A stretch of DNA of 64,000 nucleotides from a virus (lineage: Duplodnaviria > Caudoviricetes). The DNA lies in the IMG/VR virus record IMGVR_UViG_3300021387_001438, positions 11,359-75,358 of that record; one strand, 5' to 3'. Each line of letters begins with the position of its first letter. Positions within the stretch are counted from its first letter, which is position 1. Made by a program: the position numbers and the translations under genes. Under the pieces are notes generated by a model. It saw nothing but the letters and a program-made list of their open reading frames with translations. It had not been told where the DNA came from and ran no database searches. This document shows, one piece after another, positions 1 to 10,304 of the stretch.

Positions 1-78
1 CCACTAAATTATTTTATATATTCTTCAGAAGAATTTGATTATACCGCAGACCCAGTTGTAACATTGAAAATCTATTAA
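1..78 (+). CDS. C-terminal fragment of a gene truncated by the window edge (possibly a baseplate gene)
   Basis: Open frame PLNYFIYSSEEFDYTADPVVTLKIY ending TAA at 76-78, directly before the RBS of the next gene. Confidence 0.4.
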   Translation, partial: PLNYFIYSSEEFDYTADPVVTLKIY

Positions 79-95
79 AAAGGAGATTGATATTT

Positions 96-833
96 ATGTT
101 AGATAATAAATTATTAGATAAAAATTATTATTTAAATGCAATGTCAAAATTCTTACTTAATTCTTATGGAACAGAAGAAAGATTCGATGTTTATTTAAAA
201 ATTTTAAAAAATTTAAATGATATCTCAGAAGATATATTTAGCAGACTTGATATTTATAATGTTGTAGGTTGGGATGAACCAAGTTATTTTACTAGAAATA
301 ATATTGATAAACAGGCTACAGATGATAAATGGTTGGATATTATTGCATCTATATATAATATAAATAGAACCATGGAAATTGAATATGATGATATAAGAGA
401 AACTCCAGCGGTATCTACTAAAGAAGCAATTACTCTTACAAATTGGGAATTATTTATGTATATCAAAGTTGTAATTAGTAGATTAAATTTTAAAGGTACA
501 GCAAAAGAAATTATTGATTTATATGGTAATGGTTCTCCTTCTGGTGATACAGAAGATATTAAATATTTAGGTATTTGTTATTTATGGAACATAAGTGGTT
601 CACCTCAATCTCTTGCATGTAATGTTATATTAAATAATAATGATTTAATTAATGATTTTAATAATTCAACTGGATATCAAAATATTTGTAAGTTGTTTTT
701 ATCAGATAAACTTTTAATTGAAAGCTTAGGTATTGTTTATACTAAGTCTTTAGGAAGTAGAATTGAATTTGCTAAATTTAATAGTGCTAAATTCTATGAC
801 CCTTCTGAACCAGTAGTTTATATATTTGCATAA
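96..833 (+). CDS. Putative baseplate wedge protein (DUF2612-like)
   Basis: AGGAG RBS at 81-85 supports ATG 96; motifs WLDIIASIYNINR and SRLNFKGT resemble myophage baseplate wedge proteins. Confidence 0.5.
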   Translation: MLDNKLLDKNYYLNAMSKFLLNSYGTEERFDVYLKILKNLNDISEDIFSRLDIYNVVGWDEPSYFTRNNIDKQATDDKWLDIIASIYNINRTMEIEYDDIRETPAVSTKEAITLTNWELFMYIKVVISRLNFKGTAKEIIDLYGNGSPSGDTEDIKYLGICYLWNISGSPQSLACNVILNNNDLINDFNNSTGYQNICKLFLSDKLLIESLGIVYTKSLGSRIEFAKFNSAKFYDPSEPVVYIFA

Positions 834-844
834 GAGGTGATTAT

Positions 845-1234
845 ATGAAATATAGGAATATGATAAAAAATGCAGATGGAACATACAATATCGTTTGGTT
901 TGGAAGTGCTGGGCTTGATGACAATGGTCACAAAATACCAGCTGAAAATTATGTCACAGGTCAAGAAGGAGTTGCTAAATCTCTTATTCAATGGTTAGCT
1001 GTTTTAAAGGGTGAACTTTGGTATAGCATAAATTTTGGATTACCAGCTTTAGATAAAGTTAGAAATAAAGCAATTTATGATGCTTATATTATAAAAGTAA
1101 TTTCTTCTCATTATGAAGTTAGAACAATTAAAGAATATACATCTAAAGTTGAAAATGGAATTTATTCATTTGATTGTATAATTATTTCAATATTTGATGA
1201 AGAATTTAGTATTAATTCACAAGCAAATATATAA
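845..1234 (+). CDS. Baseplate/sheath-initiator protein (gp25/DUF2634-like)
   Basis: Motif QWLAVLKGELWYSINFGLP matches the L..GEW.....G.P pattern of this family; 129 aa. Confidence 0.6.
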   Translation: MKYRNMIKNADGTYNIVWFGSAGLDDNGHKIPAENYVTGQEGVAKSLIQWLAVLKGELWYSINFGLPALDKVRNKAIYDAYIIKVISSHYEVRTIKEYTSKVENGIYSFDCIIISIFDEEFSINSQANI

Positions 1235-1236
1235 GG

Positions 1237-1265
1237 TAGCAAATACCAAATATTTAAATTATAAT
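1237..1265 (+). promoter_or_regulatory. sigma70-type promoter for head genes
   Basis: TAGCAA-17 nt-TATAAT upstream of the RBS of 1292; same GGTAGCA -35 variant as at 3797. Confidence 0.55.
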
Positions 1266-1291
1266 AAATATTAGTAGGAGGAAATTAGTCG

Positions 1292-3298
1292 ATGAAAGTT
1301 TTAATAAAAACACAACTAAGTGCTCATAAATATAAAACACCAGAAGGCTACCTTGTTTGTCAAGATGCTATTTTAGCTAGAACTGGTGCTCAAGAATATT
1401 ATAAATCTGAAATCTATGAAACATTTGAAGGAGAAGATGAAGTAATTTTGGTATATAGAAATCCAAATGAAGTTTTTGCACCAGCAACTTTGGCCTCATT
1501 TGAAGATAAACCAATTACCGTTGAACATCCTGATGAATCTGTTACACCAGAAAATTATAGTACTCTTGCTGTTGGTCATACAAGAAATGTTAGAAAAGGT
1601 AAATTTAATAATCAGGATGTAATGATTGCTGATTTAATTATTACTGATGCCGATGCAATCAAGGATATTGAATCTGGAGTTCGTACAGATTTATCGTGTG
1701 GATATGATTGTGATATTACTGATGGTGATAAGCCTGAACAGATTAATATCAGAGGAAACCATGTAGCACTATGTGAACAAGGTAGAGCCGGTATTGCAAA
1801 AATTATTGATAGTAAAACTATTAAGGATGAGCAATATAAAGGATATATTATTTCAACTGGTTCATACGGAACAAAAATTATTAAAAATGATAAGAAAGTA
1901 ATGGAGGTTGAAACTCCTAATGAAGCTCGTAAATGGATTGATGAGCAATTCAAAAAAGAGAAGAGAAGAAAATATCGTGTAACTTTTGTAAATAGTGCCG
2001 ATAAAACAAGCAATAAAATTGTTGAAGCAAAAGATGAAAATGAAGCCAGAAAGAAAGCTAAAGAAGATAAAGAAGTATTTAGAATTACAGATGTTACAAT
2101 CGAAGACTCATTTATTGTTAAAGGCTTTCCTAAAAAATTTGATAAATTTATACAAAAATATCCTGATATTGAATTTGAAAAAACAGGAAGAGCAAGCTTT
2201 AAAGTCACAATTCCTAATAAAGAAGACAAATGGTCTTTGTGGGAAGAATTAAAAATAATGAATCCTAGTTCAATGGAAATGTTAAAAGATGGAATTAGTC
2301 TTGAATTTGATAGTGAATCAGTTTTAGATTCTTGTCCTGTTAAAGATACTGCTACTCTTCCTTCAACAGATAAGAGTAAGATTAGTAATTATCTTTCTTC
2401 AATTTCAAAATTTACTAAAAATGATACAGATATTTTTGATGTTATTAATCCATTAAAAGAAATGGGATATGATTTAGTTAGAGAGCATATTGATGGTTGG
2501 AGACAAATGCCTGATGGAAGATATCGTAAAGATTATTTCTTTAAGGTTGATGGATATAAAGATGTTTTCATGATTTCATTCTATGTTGAGAATGATGGTA
2601 AATGGAAAGTTGATGAAATCAATGCATACTTTACAGGAAAAACTAAATCTGTTGATGCTGCTCCATATAAATCAAATAGAAACAAATATGTTATTTTTGA
2701 AGAAAATGGAAATTTAATGGGTTCATCTTATAATAATTATTATTTATATGGTGATAGAGATAAGTTCGATACTTATGACTCATTTAATTCTGTTGAAGAA
2801 TTAACAGAATACTTAATGGATAATAAAAATATTAAAAGAGAAAATATTATTTATGTAAAAGATGCATTTAAGTATAAGAAACCAAAAGCAATTAATAAAG
2901 CTAAATTAAAAGAACTTAATAAAATGTTAAAAGCAGTCAATACTGATACTGTTAATGATGATGAAAGAGAAGAAATGATTGCTCATCAGAAGCGTAAAAT
3001 TAAGGAAAAGATTTTAGCTAATATTAAAAAGACAGAATCTGAAATTGCAGAAAATGCAGAAAATGGTTTAGATACAAATATTAATAATTGGTATAATGAA
3101 AATTTTGATGCTCTTAGCATGAATGAAGATGTTACATTTAATGATTTATTTGATGCTCTTGATAATAAAGAATCAGTATATGATTTATTAGGAATTGATG
3201 ATTATGATGCAGTTAAACAATGTTTAACAAAATTAGCAGAATTAATTAATGCTCCATATGATTATGTTTATGAGCAATGGTCATCATATGAGGAATAA
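1292..3298 (+). CDS. DUF2213-family prohead protease-like protein with ~490-aa C-terminal extension
   Basis: N-terminal motifs TPEGYLVC..AILARTG.QEY, KPITVEHP, DLSCGYDC, RGNHVALCEQGRAG typical of DUF2213. Confidence 0.85.
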   Translation: MKVLIKTQLSAHKYKTPEGYLVCQDAILARTGAQEYYKSEIYETFEGEDEVILVYRNPNEVFAPATLASFEDKPITVEHPDESVTPENYSTLAVGHTRNVRKGKFNNQDVMIADLIITDADAIKDIESGVRTDLSCGYDCDITDGDKPEQINIRGNHVALCEQGRAGIAKIIDSKTIKDEQYKGYIISTGSYGTKIIKNDKKVMEVETPNEARKWIDEQFKKEKRRKYRVTFVNSADKTSNKIVEAKDENEARKKAKEDKEVFRITDVTIEDSFIVKGFPKKFDKFIQKYPDIEFEKTGRASFKVTIPNKEDKWSLWEELKIMNPSSMEMLKDGISLEFDSESVLDSCPVKDTATLPSTDKSKISNYLSSISKFTKNDTDIFDVINPLKEMGYDLVREHIDGWRQMPDGRYRKDYFFKVDGYKDVFMISFYVENDGKWKVDEINAYFTGKTKSVDAAPYKSNRNKYVIFEENGNLMGSSYNNYYLYGDRDKFDTYDSFNSVEELTEYLMDNKNIKRENIIYVKDAFKYKKPKAINKAKLKELNKMLKAVNTDTVNDDEREEMIAHQKRKIKEKILANIKKTESEIAENAENGLDTNINNWYNENFDALSMNEDVTFNDLFDALDNKESVYDLLGIDDYDAVKQCLTKLAELINAPYDYVYEQWSSYEE

Positions 3299-3300
3299 AA

Positions 3301-3783
3301 ATGCTTGATGATATAGTAGAAAAAGTAAAGTTAATCAGCATACTTAATCAATACTATATTGAATTCGGTGTTTTACAAGAAGATGAATATATTAAATTAA
3401 ATGTAAATATATTAAATACAGATGATACGATATCTCAAGTAGAAATGTCTGTTAAAGATATTGTATATTTTACTGAAAATGGTACAGTAACTATCCCAGG
3501 AAAGCATATCTTGTCTAAGTTGCTGTACCTAATAGATTTTAGAATCGACAAAATGTTAAATGAAATTGTCGATGGAGTATTTGAGGATAGTTGGACTGAA
3601 AATTATATAGAAGCTAAGCTACAAGAATTGGAAGCACATTTACAAATTTATATCAGAGCAATGATAAGAAGTGAGCTTGCTGGTTCCGTTAATACATTAC
3701 TTGGAACTAAAAATGAAAATGAATATTATTACAATTTTGATGTTTTAGAAAGATTCATAAAGTGTAAAATTGTGAAAAAATAA
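3301..3783 (+). CDS. Putative neck/virion morphogenesis protein
   Basis: IEFGV...FTENGTVTIPGKHIL resembles the EFGT..IP.RPF motif of myophage neck proteins. Confidence 0.5.
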   Translation: MLDDIVEKVKLISILNQYYIEFGVLQEDEYIKLNVNILNTDDTISQVEMSVKDIVYFTENGTVTIPGKHILSKLLYLIDFRIDKMLNEIVDGVFEDSWTENYIEAKLQELEAHLQIYIRAMIRSELAGSVNTLLGTKNENEYYYNFDVLERFIKCKIVKK

Positions 3784-3796
3784 TTTTTAATAGCGG

Positions 3797-3825
3797 TAGC
3801 ATTTATATATTTATTAGTCTATAAT
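3797..3825 (+). promoter_or_regulatory. sigma70-type promoter for scaffold/capsid genes
   Basis: TAGCAT-17 nt-TATAAT. Confidence 0.55.
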
Positions 3826-3864
3826 TATCATAGAAACTGAAATTTAGAAAATGGAGGAATAGAA

Positions 3865-4440
3865 ATGGCATTACTATTTAAAGTTACTGACACTTCTGGC
3901 AAGACTAAGATTGTTAAAGATAAGTCTTCAGTAGAAACTGAAAAGAGATTTACTAAAACACAGTCTAATGATGCTAAGGAAGAAGAAAAGGAAACTCAGT
4001 TTACTAAAGAAGAAGTAAAGGCTTTAAAGACTTTAATTGAAAAGTTAGATGACCTATTATCTTTACTTCCATCCGATGATAAGAAGGATAAGGACAAAGA
4101 TAAGAAGGATAAGGATAAAAAGGAAAAAGATGATGAGTCATTTGATGAAGAGTTTGAGTTCGACGAAGAGGAAGAAGTAGCAACAAAAGATGAAAATATT
4201 GTTGACCTTCCCGATGACGAAGATGCCGAAGAGTCCGAAGAAGTTTCTGAGGAGATTACTGAGGACGGCTTAGTTGATGTCGATGATGACCTAGATGAAG
4301 TCAAGAGCACAAAAACAAATGATTCAAAGAAGTCCTTTGGTGCTATTGAATCAAAACAAGAGTCAACTACATATTCCAACGAGGATATGCAAGCTGAAAT
4401 TGCAGAAGCAATGAGAAAAAGATATGGAGGAAGAAAGTAA
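3865..4440 (+). CDS. Putative head scaffolding protein
   Basis: Very acidic, low complexity with a basic C-terminus; lies just upstream of decoration and capsid genes; GGAGG RBS. Confidence 0.6.
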   Translation: MALLFKVTDTSGKTKIVKDKSSVETEKRFTKTQSNDAKEEEKETQFTKEEVKALKTLIEKLDDLLSLLPSDDKKDKDKDKKDKDKKEKDDESFDEEFEFDEEEEVATKDENIVDLPDDEDAEESEEVSEEITEDGLVDVDDDLDEVKSTKTNDSKKSFGAIESKQESTTYSNEDMQAEIAEAMRKRYGGRK

Positions 4441-4442
4441 TT

Positions 4443-4943
4443 ATGGGATTAATCATTAAGAAGAAGTTACCTATGTTACTAGCTGGTTATCCTACAGTTA
4501 GTGATAAGTATGGAGTTCAGGGTGGTATCCTTGGTGGTTCTACTGCTGCTCATTATGGAGATGTATTAGTATTCGGTTCTGAACAGGGCGAATATGAAGT
4601 AGCTGCTGCAGGTGCTACTGCTGCAGAAGTTGCTGGTATCGTATTAGCAACAAACATTAAGTTAGTTCGTCAGTTCCCAGGTGGTTCAAATGCAGTAAAT
4701 GCAACATTTGAAGTTGGTGAAGCTGTCAATGTATGTATCAATGGTTATATTGCAGTACCTGTTGCTGTAACAGATATTACAAATTTAGTTGAAGGTGCAG
4801 ATGTTTACTTAAATGCAAATGGTAAGTTAACAGAAGATTCAACTGGTGATTTATTAGCTGGTTGGAAGTTTACTGGTATCTATGAGAATAAGGGTACAGC
4901 AGTAACTCCAGCATACGTAGCAGAAATCAAGTTCAATATTTAA
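4443..4943 (+). CDS. Capsid decoration/cement protein
   Basis: Small Gly/Ala/Val-rich beta protein directly upstream of the major capsid gene; GEAVNVCINGYIAV motif. Confidence 0.65.
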   Translation: MGLIIKKKLPMLLAGYPTVSDKYGVQGGILGGSTAAHYGDVLVFGSEQGEYEVAAAGATAAEVAGIVLATNIKLVRQFPGGSNAVNATFEVGEAVNVCINGYIAVPVAVTDITNLVEGADVYLNANGKLTEDSTGDLLAGWKFTGIYENKGTAVTPAYVAEIKFNI

Positions 4944-4962
4944 TAGATGGAGGTAAAGTAAG

Positions 4963-6063
4963 ATGGGATTTACAGAAGTTAAGGTAGAAAATAAATTTTT
5001 CGTTGATGCGGTATCTCCTGAGAAAAGAGGTACTTGTGTAAAGGTATCCGATATGTATGGCTTAAAGGCTTGCCGTACAGTTATCGGTGATGCTAAGATT
5101 CATGATATGAACTTTGGTTTCTTATCAACTGAATTAGCAAAGTTACATACTAAGGCTTATGAGCCAAAGTGGTATGTAACATGGCAGGAAGACTTACCAT
5201 TCGATAATGGTGGAGGTCTTGTTGATTATGTTGAATGGTACTCTGTTGATTGGTCTGGTATTTTAAATAACAACCGTAACTTAGTATCAAACAATGCAAA
5301 TTATATTCCAAGAGTAAATGCCGCTATGACTCAGAACTTAGCAAAGGTATTTACATATCAGGTTGCATATGATTTAAGATTCGTTGAATTAGAGAAGATG
5401 AAGAAGGAAAAGCTTCAGAAGTCTATTCAGGATATTTATAATGATGCAATTCTTGCTGGTTGGGATTTATTCGTTCAGGATGTTGCTTATACTGGTATGC
5501 AGGGTGTAACTGGTTTATTCAATGATGCTAAGGTTTTAGTTAACGTTATTGATAATAATGGTACAACTGGTTCTGGTTTTGAAGGTTTAACTGATGATGT
5601 TGTTGTTGCAGCAATCAATGGTATCTTCGCTACTTACTTATCAGAAAGTAATTTAAACGTTACAATCTTACCAGATAGAATTTTAGTTCCTATGTTCGTT
5701 ATGAACGACTTAGTATCTAGATTCTCTGCATTATATTCTAATTCATTATATGACTTCATTATTGACCATAACTTAGCTAAGGCTCAGGCAAAGGGCAAGA
5801 ACTTCTCATTAGAGATTGTTGGTCGTGATGGATTAGATACATTAGGTACTGCTGGTAAGGGCCGTATTGTAGCATACAAGAAGGATAAGGATTTCGTAAG
5901 AATCGATATCCCTTATGATATGCAGCATTATATTACATTACCAAATATCGAAAGAATGGCTTATACATCCGCATTCTTGGGTCAGGTTTCTCAGGTACAG
6001 TTACCATATAATACTGATGCAAATGAATTCGGTATTGTTTCTTACTGGGATTTCACTCACTAA
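4963..6063 (+). CDS. Major capsid protein (DUF2184 family, HK97 fold)
   Basis: GFLSTELAKL...YE N-terminal motif, AYTG...VTGLFN, PDRILVP; size and position. Confidence 0.85.
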   Translation: MGFTEVKVENKFFVDAVSPEKRGTCVKVSDMYGLKACRTVIGDAKIHDMNFGFLSTELAKLHTKAYEPKWYVTWQEDLPFDNGGGLVDYVEWYSVDWSGILNNNRNLVSNNANYIPRVNAAMTQNLAKVFTYQVAYDLRFVELEKMKKEKLQKSIQDIYNDAILAGWDLFVQDVAYTGMQGVTGLFNDAKVLVNVIDNNGTTGSGFEGLTDDVVVAAINGIFATYLSESNLNVTILPDRILVPMFVMNDLVSRFSALYSNSLYDFIIDHNLAKAQAKGKNFSLEIVGRDGLDTLGTAGKGRIVAYKKDKDFVRIDIPYDMQHYITLPNIERMAYTSAFLGQVSQVQLPYNTDANEFGIVSYWDFTH

Positions 6064-6096
6064 TATAAAAATAAATAATGTATTAGCGAAATAACT

Positions 6097-6146
6097 ATGG
6101 GCTAAATTTAGACTAGCTAGTTTAGTCTAAATTTGCCCATTTTTTC
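6097..6146 (+). terminator. Intrinsic terminator after major capsid gene
   Basis: ATGGGC-T-AAATTTAGACT / AGTCTAAATTT-GCCCAT hairpin followed by a T run. Confidence 0.75.
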
Positions 6147-6171
6147 GTTTATAGAAAAGGAGAATAAACAA

Positions 6172-7587
6172 ATGAAGGTTAAATTTAAAAATGGCTATAC
6201 AGTCGAAATTGATGATGCTTATTTAAAGAATACTCCTAAGTGTGAAATCATTAAAAAGGCAAAAACAATTGTAGATGAAATGGCTTGTGATGAAGATAAT
6301 GTACCAATGGTAATTATCAAAAAGATTAAAACTCCTAATGGATTCAAGGTTGTTGTTATCAAAAATAATACAGTTTCTGGTATTAAGCGTTTTGATAAGA
6401 ACAATGAATATGAAGCTCAAGATTTTTATGATAGACTTGCAGATAAGTATAATCTTGATGAAGAAGGATATGAAGATTATGGTAACACAAGAATTGCTGC
6501 TCCTGCACAATATTTTAAAATGCAGATGCAAGATTCTGTTGCTAGAAAATCAAAGAAGGTTAAAGATGCACCAATTGCTTTTTCTGAAGAATTAGGTTTT
6601 GCTGTAACACCTACAACAATTAACAGATTAATTTCTAAGAAAAATGGTCATGCATTAGACCCTAAGGCTCTTGCAAAGGCTCTTCATTATTTAGAAACTG
6701 ACTTAGATTATGATATTAATGTTAAGGGACCAAAATGGGCAGACCCAGATAATATGGTTACTGACCCAAGAATGGTTAATAAAATCATGAAAAGATATAA
6801 TGAGTTTGTTGCTGAACTAGATAAAATTGATGATGAAGCTTTCAATGATAAAGCTCAGGAAATCATTGATAAGGTAGATGTTCTAAAACAGATAGTTTAT
6901 GGTATTGATGATACTGGCCCAGATGTATCTTCTGAAGAAGATGTAGAAAGCGTTAAAACAGTTGAAGAAGAAACTCCAGTAATCGAAGAGCCAGTTAAAG
7001 AAGTAGTTAAAGAAAAGGTAGTTAAAAAGGCTGCTCCAAAGACTGCTAAGCCAGTTGAAAAGGTTGAAACCAAAGTTGAGGTTAAGCCAGTAGAAAAAGA
7101 AATTCCTACTGCAGACCCAAATATTAATTATGCTGATGATGAAGAAGAAGTTGATTGGGAAGATTCTGTTGATGATGCATGTCATGATTCAGATTGTGAA
7201 GATGTATTTATTGAAGATGTTCCCGTTGCTGGTGCTACAGTACATGCATCAGTAGAAGGTGCTCCTGACCACTCCTTCAACAAGACAATTCTTGTAAGAG
7301 GAAATTCAAGAGCTTTATCAGAAGATGAGACTGATGCAGAATATGGTCGTAGACTATTAATGGGCGAATATGAAGACGTAAAGGAAACTTTATTGTACGA
7401 TATTGCACATGCAGGAGAAGTAGCAGCCGTTACTCCAAAGTATTTATTACATATGGGTATGGAAAAGTATAAAGAAATTGTTGATTTATATAATGTTCCA
7501 GGTCTTGAAAGAGAATATGCTGAATTAGTTAGACTATATAACAAGCTATTCTATAATGGATATTATTTAGGAGTAAGAGGAAATTAA
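6172..7587 (+). CDS. Hypothetical virion/head-associated protein, 471 aa
   Basis: AAGGAG RBS supports ATG 6172 (the track's TTG 6133 lies inside the terminator); acidic, with a K/E/V/P-rich linker. Confidence 0.7.
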   Translation: MKVKFKNGYTVEIDDAYLKNTPKCEIIKKAKTIVDEMACDEDNVPMVIIKKIKTPNGFKVVVIKNNTVSGIKRFDKNNEYEAQDFYDRLADKYNLDEEGYEDYGNTRIAAPAQYFKMQMQDSVARKSKKVKDAPIAFSEELGFAVTPTTINRLISKKNGHALDPKALAKALHYLETDLDYDINVKGPKWADPDNMVTDPRMVNKIMKRYNEFVAELDKIDDEAFNDKAQEIIDKVDVLKQIVYGIDDTGPDVSSEEDVESVKTVEEETPVIEEPVKEVVKEKVVKKAAPKTAKPVEKVETKVEVKPVEKEIPTADPNINYADDEEEVDWEDSVDDACHDSDCEDVFIEDVPVAGATVHASVEGAPDHSFNKTILVRGNSRALSEDETDAEYGRRLLMGEYEDVKETLLYDIAHAGEVAAVTPKYLLHMGMEKYKEIVDLYNVPGLEREYAELVRLYNKLFYNGYYLGVRGN

Positions 7588-7605
7588 AGTAAAGGAGGAA
7601 ATATT

Positions 7606-8025
7606 ATGCCAAATTACCAAAATCATGTTGTAGACCCTACTTGGTTCTGGGATGCAATAGAAGAATTTTCATTTGATTTTGATTGGTTCATTGTTGGCTC
7701 CGTTACTACAGATGAATTATTTAGAGATAAATATACATATACCAAAGATACTATTAGAGGCTCCTTGCAATCACAAGGAACTTCTATTAGTCTATCAAAA
7801 ACAGGTAATACTGAAAATATGGAATATGAATTTTATTGTAAAAGTATATTCAGAATTAAAGTGGGGGATTTTATCCTATATAAAGATAGATGGTTACATG
7901 TTGAGTCAGTAAGAGATATTGATGAATATGGATGTAGAAGTGCAAGATTAAAAATGGTAAATCTTAATAATTATAATGATTTATTAGAATATGTAAAATA
8001 TTTAGAAGGAGAAATACTAGTATGA
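7606..8025 (+). CDS. Putative head closure/adaptor protein
   Basis: GSLQSQG and IKVGDFILYKDRWLHVESVRD pattern; position between head and tail genes. Confidence 0.55.
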   Translation: MPNYQNHVVDPTWFWDAIEEFSFDFDWFIVGSVTTDELFRDKYTYTKDTIRGSLQSQGTSISLSKTGNTENMEYEFYCKSIFRIKVGDFILYKDRWLHVESVRDIDEYGCRSARLKMVNLNNYNDLLEYVKYLEGEILV

Positions 8026-8564
8026 TACCAGCAATTACTTTTGAAGATATTATTAAGGTCATTGGAAATGAAATCCTAGAACAAACAAACATTAGAAGAG
8101 ATATGTTCAAAAATGTTACTGGTGTTCGTGGTTCTTCTCTTGCAAAGAAATTATCTGATACAGAATTAGGTTCAATCAATTTAAATGATACATTTATTGT
8201 CTTTGAATTAAATGAAGATGAAGATACTTCAAATAATGTAACAATTAATGAAAGTGATGATACAGTAAATTTATTTACTGCATATAACTTCTTTCTTAAA
8301 ATTTATGGCAATAAATGTCATACTGTAGCTCAGCAAATACTAACTAGATTAAGGTCAAGACTAATTTCTTTTAGATTAAGAGGCCGTGGTGTTTTGTTAA
8401 CGGAAATTACTTTTCCAGTTAATCAAAACGAATTTATAAATAATACTTTGTGGCCTAGATGCGATTTAACCATCAAGCTACGAGTAAGACATAATATATC
8501 ACTTGTTAAACCAGAAGGTGAATTCAGTGATGAAAATTGTCAAATTATTATTGACGAAATATAA
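8022..8564 (+). CDS. Putative tail terminator/neck protein
   Basis: ATGA overlap with upstream gene; NEFINNTLWPRCDL resembles myophage terminator proteins; directly upstream of the sheath. Confidence 0.55.
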   Translation: MIPAITFEDIIKVIGNEILEQTNIRRDMFKNVTGVRGSSLAKKLSDTELGSINLNDTFIVFELNEDEDTSNNVTINESDDTVNLFTAYNFFLKIYGNKCHTVAQQILTRLRSRLISFRLRGRGVLLTEITFPVNQNEFINNTLWPRCDLTIKLRVRHNISLVKPEGEFSDENCQIIIDEI

Positions 8565-8579
8565 TTATAATGATATAAT
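8551..8579 (+). promoter_or_regulatory. sigma70-type promoter for tail genes
   Basis: TTGACG-17 nt-TATAAT with TG extended -10. Confidence 0.6.
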
Positions 8580-8616
8580 TATATTATAAATAACTATACA
8601 AAGGAGAAAAATAAAT

Positions 8617-9756
8617 ATGAGTGTTAAATATACAAATTTTGTTGAAGTTAACATCAATCATCATGTAGCAAATAAACCTACTGGTTTAAGAGATGTTGCA
8701 GCAGCAATTTTCTATGATTCAACTATTGCTGACCCAAACACAGTTACAGATTTAGGAACCTTAACTAAAACTAGTACTTTACCAGCTGGATTAACTGCTT
8801 TTAAAAATTATGTTGATGCATTTTTTGCAAATGGTGGTCGTAAATTACATTGTATTGTAACAAATATTACACCAGCAACAAATACATTTGTTGATATTAT
8901 TGAAGCTCTTCCAATGGAAGAAATCATGGTTGGTTATGTTGGTACTGGTGCAGATGCTAATGAATCAGATTTTAGAAATGTAGCAGAAGCATATAATGAA
9001 TCAAAAGCAACTGAAAAAATTTATCAAAAGATTTTCGTTGCAGAAATTCCAGCAACCAATGGTAATACTACAGATTTGGCTGCATATATTAAGGTTGATG
9101 ATAAAGTTGTTGATATTGAAAATTATGTATTAAAGTATGGTGCAATGGGTATTGGAGCTTCTGTATTAGCATATTATACTCAAATGAATGCATACTTAAC
9201 AGATAGTGCTGAAGATTATTGTTATACAAAAGAAAAGTATTCTGATAAAACAGCAGATAAGTTTGTATTTAATGATAATGCTTTAGTAAAAGAAGCAATA
9301 CAGTTAGATATTAATATTGATATTAATTTATCAAATGCAGTAAGAAATATTGGTGGTAATGATACTGCTGGTTATTCTTTAACAAATCAGTTTATGCTAT
9401 TAGTAATGCATCAAACATTAACTAGTAGATTACTTGATTTACTAGCTCAAAAGATTAAATATAATTCTCAAGGATTAACTGCTGTTTTGAATGTATTAAC
9501 TGCTGAATTAAACAGATATGTTAATAATGGTTTCTTAACAACAACTAAGACTTGGACTGATGGAGATTTATATTATGATGAATATCTAATTATTAAAGAA
9601 GATACATTATTATCTTTAGGTTATAAGGTAGTTATTCTTCCATTTGAATCATTAACTCCTGATGAGCTTGAAGCTCATCAGTTACCAAAGATTTATATTT
9701 TAGTTGCAGATAGTTACTCAATCAGAAAGATTGTTGTTACTGGTGAAGTATTCTAA
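8617..9756 (+). CDS. Tail sheath protein (DUF3383-like)
   Basis: FVEVNI N-terminus; KIKYNSQGLTAV...LNRYVNNGF and GYKVVILP C-terminal motifs; directly upstream of the tube gene. Confidence 0.7.
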   Translation: MSVKYTNFVEVNINHHVANKPTGLRDVAAAIFYDSTIADPNTVTDLGTLTKTSTLPAGLTAFKNYVDAFFANGGRKLHCIVTNITPATNTFVDIIEALPMEEIMVGYVGTGADANESDFRNVAEAYNESKATEKIYQKIFVAEIPATNGNTTDLAAYIKVDDKVVDIENYVLKYGAMGIGASVLAYYTQMNAYLTDSAEDYCYTKEKYSDKTADKFVFNDNALVKEAIQLDINIDINLSNAVRNIGGNDTAGYSLTNQFMLLVMHQTLTSRLLDLLAQKIKYNSQGLTAVLNVLTAELNRYVNNGFLTTTKTWTDGDLYYDEYLIIKEDTLLSLGYKVVILPFESLTPDELEAHQLPKIYILVADSYSIRKIVVTGEVF

Positions 9757-9777
9757 TAGGTAAGGAGGAAAATAAAG

Positions 9778-10284
9778 ATGGCAAATTATCAGAAATATAC
9801 AAGTGTATACTCATTAACAGATTATATTCTTGGTGTACAAATTCCAGCAGTTGGAGATTTACAGGCTGAAACATTTACAATTGGCGGTCCTGGTGATAGT
9901 GGTAATGGTACATGTACTGGTCAAATTATAGTTTCTCGTAACCAAAACCTATTTGAAACTGATGGTGATGTAACAGGTTCTTGGGTTCATAATAAGAGCT
10001 TAAATAGAACTGGTACAATTACAGTTGATATCAGACAGGTATCAAATTATGTAGTTAAGTTTATTCTTACTTGTGCCGCATTTGAAAAGATTCAAACTAG
10101 AACTGGTGGTATGACAATTACATTAACTCCAGCATTTAATAATGAATCAAATTCTCCAATTATAACTGCTATTGATTGCTTCTTCCAGAAAGTACCTGAC
10201 CAGAATTATGGTCCATCTGCACAGATGCAATCTTGGATTATTACTTGTGGTAGAATTGATTTTACTCCAACTTATACAGAATAA
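9778..10284 (+). CDS. Tail tube protein (DUF3277-like)
   Basis: GDVTGSWV.NKSLNRTGTITV, FQKVPDQNYG....QSWIITC. Confidence 0.7.
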   Translation: MANYQKYTSVYSLTDYILGVQIPAVGDLQAETFTIGGPGDSGNGTCTGQIIVSRNQNLFETDGDVTGSWVHNKSLNRTGTITVDIRQVSNYVVKFILTCAAFEKIQTRTGGMTITLTPAFNNESNSPIITAIDCFFQKVPDQNYGPSAQMQSWIITCGRIDFTPTYTE

Positions 10285-10304
10285 TATTTATGGAGGATTA
10301 AAAC

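Noticed and set aside
1612-4379. Long antisense ORFs 1612-2229 and 3996-4379
   Set aside because: S/F/L-rich mirror frames of K/E/D-rich real genes.
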